Part shown: positions 17,891 through 20,731 of the stretch, piece by piece
Position numbering within the stretch: position 1 is the first letter of the stretch
Layout of the letters: every line of letters begins with the position of its first letter
Origin: Terrimicrobiaceae bacterium
GTDB taxonomy: Bacteria > Verrucomicrobiota > Verrucomicrobiia > Chthoniobacterales > Terrimicrobiaceae
NCBI GenBank assembly: GCA_044342325.1
Contig: JBIIPZ010000044.1
Location: 1-20,731 of the forward strand
DNA: 20,731 nucleotides
Reading direction: 5' to 3'
Notes under the pieces: generated by a model
The model's input: the letters and a program-made list of their open reading frames with translations, nothing else
What the model was told of the DNA's origin: nothing
Database searches by the model: none
Translations under genes and position numbers: made by a program

Positions 17891-17997
17891 CTGCATGAGG
17901 GCTTGGCTTTGAATTGTGGCGAATTCGCCTTAATTGAACGCGAGTTTCTGTGTAGGCGATTTTTGCCACGAGTTGTCGCAGAAGCGTGAAAATCTTC

Positions 17998-19221
17998 CTA
18001 CCAAACCTTCCACCAAGGCTTGTCGTCGCTTTTCGCGTCGCCTTGGGCGGCGGGAGTGGCTGTTCCAGCTCCGCTTGAGTTAAAGGCGATGAGGTTTTCG
18101 GTGCTGCGGTCGAGTTTTACACGATCGCTGGTGGCTTTGGTGACTTCTTGGCCGAGGCCCATGTTATCGAGGCGGGTTTCGACATCCAGGACGCTGATGC
18201 CTTGCGAGTCGAACTCGCGGGGCCAGACGGCGCTGATTTTTTCCGTGTCGGCGAAGTCGGTTTGGATTTTTTGGAAGTCTTCGGAGCTGATGCCGGTGAA
18301 CTCCAGGCGTTTCATGGCTCCGAGGTCGGTTTCGGTGACCCAACGGGCGAGGATTTTATTGAAGAGTGGCGGGGTGCCGTCGTTCTTGCCTGCGGTGCTG
18401 AGGACTTTCTGGATGACATCCCGCGCGGCCATTTCCTTGGAGTCGAGGTCGCTTTCCACATTTTCGGTGCCAGGCAACGCGGCGACGGCGACGACTTCGC
18501 CGGTCTCGGGGCGGATGGCGCGGAGTTCGCCACCGACGGAGAAGACATGCTGGGGCAGACTGCCGTAGAAGCTTTGCTTGCCGACATAGCGGGCCACGAT
18601 GTTGCCTTCGATCAAGAAGTCGCTCTTCTGCGAGATGCCTGCGCTGCGGAGCTTGGCGTTTTTGTCGTTGCCGAGGATGGCATCGCGCGCAGCCATCTTG
18701 CTTTCCTGCCCGCTGGCGGTGCCTACATCCACGAGGTTGAATTGCAACTCTCTCGCCGTCTGCTCCATGATGCCTTGGGCGTATTTGGTCGGCGCGGGAG
18801 CGCCATCGATCTGCTCCTGCACAGCAATAGAAACACGCGGCGAGCCTTTGAGGAGAACGATCTGGCGCAGGGCGAGCGTGTTCTTGGCACCCGGAGCGCC
18901 CTTCTCCACCTCGGCCTTCACTTTGACCGTGTAAATCTGATCCTTGCCGAGCCCTGAGCTGATGACCTTGTAGCTCTTCACATGCCCGAAGGCGGAGCTG
19001 AGTATGCGGTCGTAATCCAAGGTAAAATCCGACACGCCGGTGGAGCTTAAGACATCGACTCCGGTGCCAACGCGCACCGCTTCGCGCAAGGCATCAGCGA
19101 GCGCCTGCTCGCGGGCGGTCCTCATGTCGCCTGGCGCACGGCCTTCGGCTTCGACGCTGGCGGCTGGTGCAAAGTAAGAAGTCAGAAGGAGGAAGGATGA
19201 AGTGAGAATGAGTTTTTTCAT
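17998..19221 (-). CDS. Secreted/periplasmic protein with an FlgT-N/LPP20-like N-terminal domain (copy A, intact)
   Basis: Signal peptide MKKLILTSSFLLLTSYFAPA. VEAEG.A.......AREQALADALREAV....GV.V.S...V....L..D.I.....G.VK.Y....YTVKVKAEV fits the FlgT N-terminal pattern. Ends in KPWWKVW. Confidence 0.8.
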   Translation of the reverse strand: MKKLILTSSFLLLTSYFAPAASVEAEGRAPGDMRTAREQALADALREAVRVGTGVDVLSSTGVSDFTLDYDRILSSAFGHVKSYKVISSGLGKDQIYTVKVKAEVEKGAPGAKNTLALRQIVLLKGSPRVSIAVQEQIDGAPAPTKYAQGIMEQTARELQFNLVDVGTASGQESKMAARDAILGNDKNAKLRSAGISQKSDFLIEGNIVARYVGKQSFYGSLPQHVFSVGGELRAIRPETGEVVAVAALPGTENVESDLDSKEMAARDVIQKVLSTAGKNDGTPPLFNKILARWVTETDLGAMKRLEFTGISSEDFQKIQTDFADTEKISAVWPREFDSQGISVLDVETRLDNMGLGQEVTKATSDRVKLDRSTENLIAFNSSGAGTATPAAQGDAKSDDKPWWKVW

Positions 19222-19305
19222 GGTTTTTTTATTTGGCTGTTGCTGCTCTGAGCTACTGCTGAAGCGTGGTCTGTTTTCATACTTTGTCCTTCATCCTTCT
19301 GACTT
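19172..19305. repeat. Inverted pair of heptamer tandem arrays (AAG[T/G]nnG-type) enclosing the copy A start codon
   Basis: AAGTAAG AAGTCAG AAGGAGG AAGGATG AAGTGAG at 19172-19206 and CATACTT TGTCCTT CATCCTT CTGACTT at 19278-19305. 23/28 positions are complementary. Confidence 0.85.
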
Positions 19306-20661
19306 TCCCCCAACTTCCCAGTGACCACCTTTGTCGGGGCCTATGCGATGGAGGCGGTTGCTGGCTTTGAGTTGGCGGATTTGTTTTTCCACAGCGCGGG
19401 TGCTGAGATCGAGAATTCGAGCCATTTCCGGAATCGAAATGCCGGAAGATTCCCGAACGGCGGCGAGAATCTTCTCCTCGGTTTTCACCGGCGTTTTCCC
19501 CGAACTTTTCCCCGAACTTTTCCCCGAACTTGGTTCGGTAATCGTTTTCGCCAGATGCTCTGGCGCGAATGCGAATTTCAACCAGAAGTCCCCGGGCGTG
19601 TAATCAATGATGGGCACCGGGCAGTGGGCGGCCTGACACGTGGTTAGAATTCGCTCGATCCCTCGACCCCAGGATTCGATTTCACCAGCGCGGAAGAAGG
19701 CATTTGCGATATCCGGGTTGAAGGGTTTGGAGGAATGCTTTTCCGTCAAGCGAGCAACCGTCCAGTCCAGGGGAAGATGTCCCGAATTCCAGATCAGCAA
19801 CTTGTCGGCATAGACGCTGATCTGGACGGGTGCTCCGCTGGCATAATCTTTGTGCGCGATTGCGTTTAAAATGGCTTCGCGCAGGGCTTCCTCGGGGACG
19901 GGATAGGTTTCCACTCGCTGCACGCCGTCATAGGAGATCAAGGCCTTGAGATACTTGGCCCGGAGCGTTTCGAGGGTTTTATCGACCTGACTGAAGAGAT
20001 TGCCATGAATTTCATCATGGAAAACAAGGTCGGCATTCGTGCGGAAGAAGCCGATCTTGATGTAGGCCCCGGTGACAAATCTCTCGGGATCGGGGTGAAA
20101 GAGGAGGATTGCGGCGCGTTTCAGGTAAGTTCCATCCATGAGATGAAGCTTTTCCAAAAGACCCTCATCCGCTTCTTGAAGAATTTCGGGTGTGAGTCGT
20201 TTGCTCCGAAGAGCACGCTTGCGGAAGGCCGCAAGAGAAGACGGATCAAGATCGGCTTGCGAAACATTTGGCACCGGCACCCCGTCCCAATTCCGACCCT
20301 GCTTGCGCAGAAGAAACCGGTCCAGCGCTGCGCCTTTCAATTCCTGCTTCGTGCTGCCGCTCCGATAGTGGTATTCCCCCTTGTAGCTGATCGGATAGGG
20401 ATAAGGTTCGACAACAATCTCGATGAGATCGCACTTCTGCTCTTGCCGAAGGTTCACATCGACCAAAATCCCGAGCACATCACGGGTTTTGTTTGGAATG
20501 TCCTCCAACAATTTCCGGGAATCCTTCACGCCCACCGTGTCTCCCTTGTTGTTCTTCCCGAGGACAAGCATCCCACCACCAGCGTTTGCGAATCCGCAAA
20601 TCCATTTCAAGTATTCGTCACGCCAGGATTCTTTCCATTCGATGGATTGATGTTCGGTCAT
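19291..20661 (-). CDS. AlbA_2 (Schlafen-like) domain + HATPase_c_4/RecG C-terminal-like domain + C-terminal HTH protein
   Basis: EHQSIEWKESW...ICGFANAGGG.L.LG, REAILNAIAHKDY, NP.IANAFFRAG.IESWGRGI, and an HTH ending RIGPDKGGHWEV. Confidence 0.9.
   Translation of the reverse strand: MTEHQSIEWKESWRDEYLKWICGFANAGGGMLVLGKNNKGDTVGVKDSRKLLEDIPNKTRDVLGILVDVNLRQEQKCDLIEIVVEPYPYPISYKGEYHYRSGSTKQELKGAALDRFLLRKQGRNWDGVPVPNVSQADLDPSSLAAFRKRALRSKRLTPEILQEADEGLLEKLHLMDGTYLKRAAILLFHPDPERFVTGAYIKIGFFRTNADLVFHDEIHGNLFSQVDKTLETLRAKYLKALISYDGVQRVETYPVPEEALREAILNAIAHKDYASGAPVQISVYADKLLIWNSGHLPLDWTVARLTEKHSSKPFNPDIANAFFRAGEIESWGRGIERILTTCQAAHCPVPIIDYTPGDFWLKFAFAPEHLAKTITEPSSGKSSGKSSGKTPVKTEEKILAAVRESSGISIPEMARILDLSTRAVEKQIRQLKASNRLHRIGPDKGGHWEVGGKSEG
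19494..19529. repeat. 12 bp tandem repeat, three copies, in frame (SSGK)
   Basis: TTTTCCCCGAAC at 19494, 19506 and 19518, with a degenerate unit at 19482-19493. Confidence 0.95.
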
Positions 20662-20687
20662 TTTGAAAAATTGGTTAGATTGGGGGT

Positions 20688-20731
20688 GGTTTTCATGTCG
20701 CCGGGCGCTCAGCCTTCGGCCTCGACGGTAG
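20688..20731 (-). pseudogene. Truncated 5' fragment of the FlgT-like gene (runs off the window edge)
   Basis: Reads TVEAEG*APGDMKT versus SVEAEGRAPGDMRT in copy A. 36/44 nt identical to 19117-19160. In-frame TGA at 20711-20709. Homology stops 26 nt before the AlbA_2 ATG. Confidence 0.88.

Noticed and set aside
13731..18360. Diversity-generating retroelement template/variable repeat pair between copies A and B
   Set aside because: The differences are mostly third-position and not adenine-specific, and no reverse transcriptase is present.
17998..19221. Assigning the symbol flgT or a flagellar function
   Set aside because: Only an N-terminal domain resemblance is visible, and there are no flagellar genes nearby.

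Overview
This is a bacterial chromosomal window, probably Verrucomicrobiota (inferred from gene style only). Left part: the end of a SirB1-like gene, cinA and tRNA-Leu(CAA). These are followed by a Panacea/SocA antitoxin with a probably frameshifted partner, a DUF1826 gene, and an ~850 bp non-coding region with DnaA-box matches and a perfect 36 bp palindrome. Middle part: lepA-lepB, an RND pump (adaptor plus permease) and an SMR transporter. Right part (~12.6-20.7 kb) is accessory DNA: an RHH relic, a Phd-PIN toxin-antitoxin pair, two paralogous secreted FlgT-N-like genes (one intact, one disrupted), two AAA-DUF4143 ATPase-nucleases and an AlbA_2/Schlafen-RecG_C-HTH gene. The main observation concerns those last three cargo genes. 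Each sits between a decayed duplicate of a FlgT-like gene's 5' end and the next copy of that 5' end. The signal peptides of both FlgT-like genes are themselves written in repeat DNA. This looks like an integrase-less array of single-gene cassettes that insert at a gene start. The mechanism is inferred, not shown.
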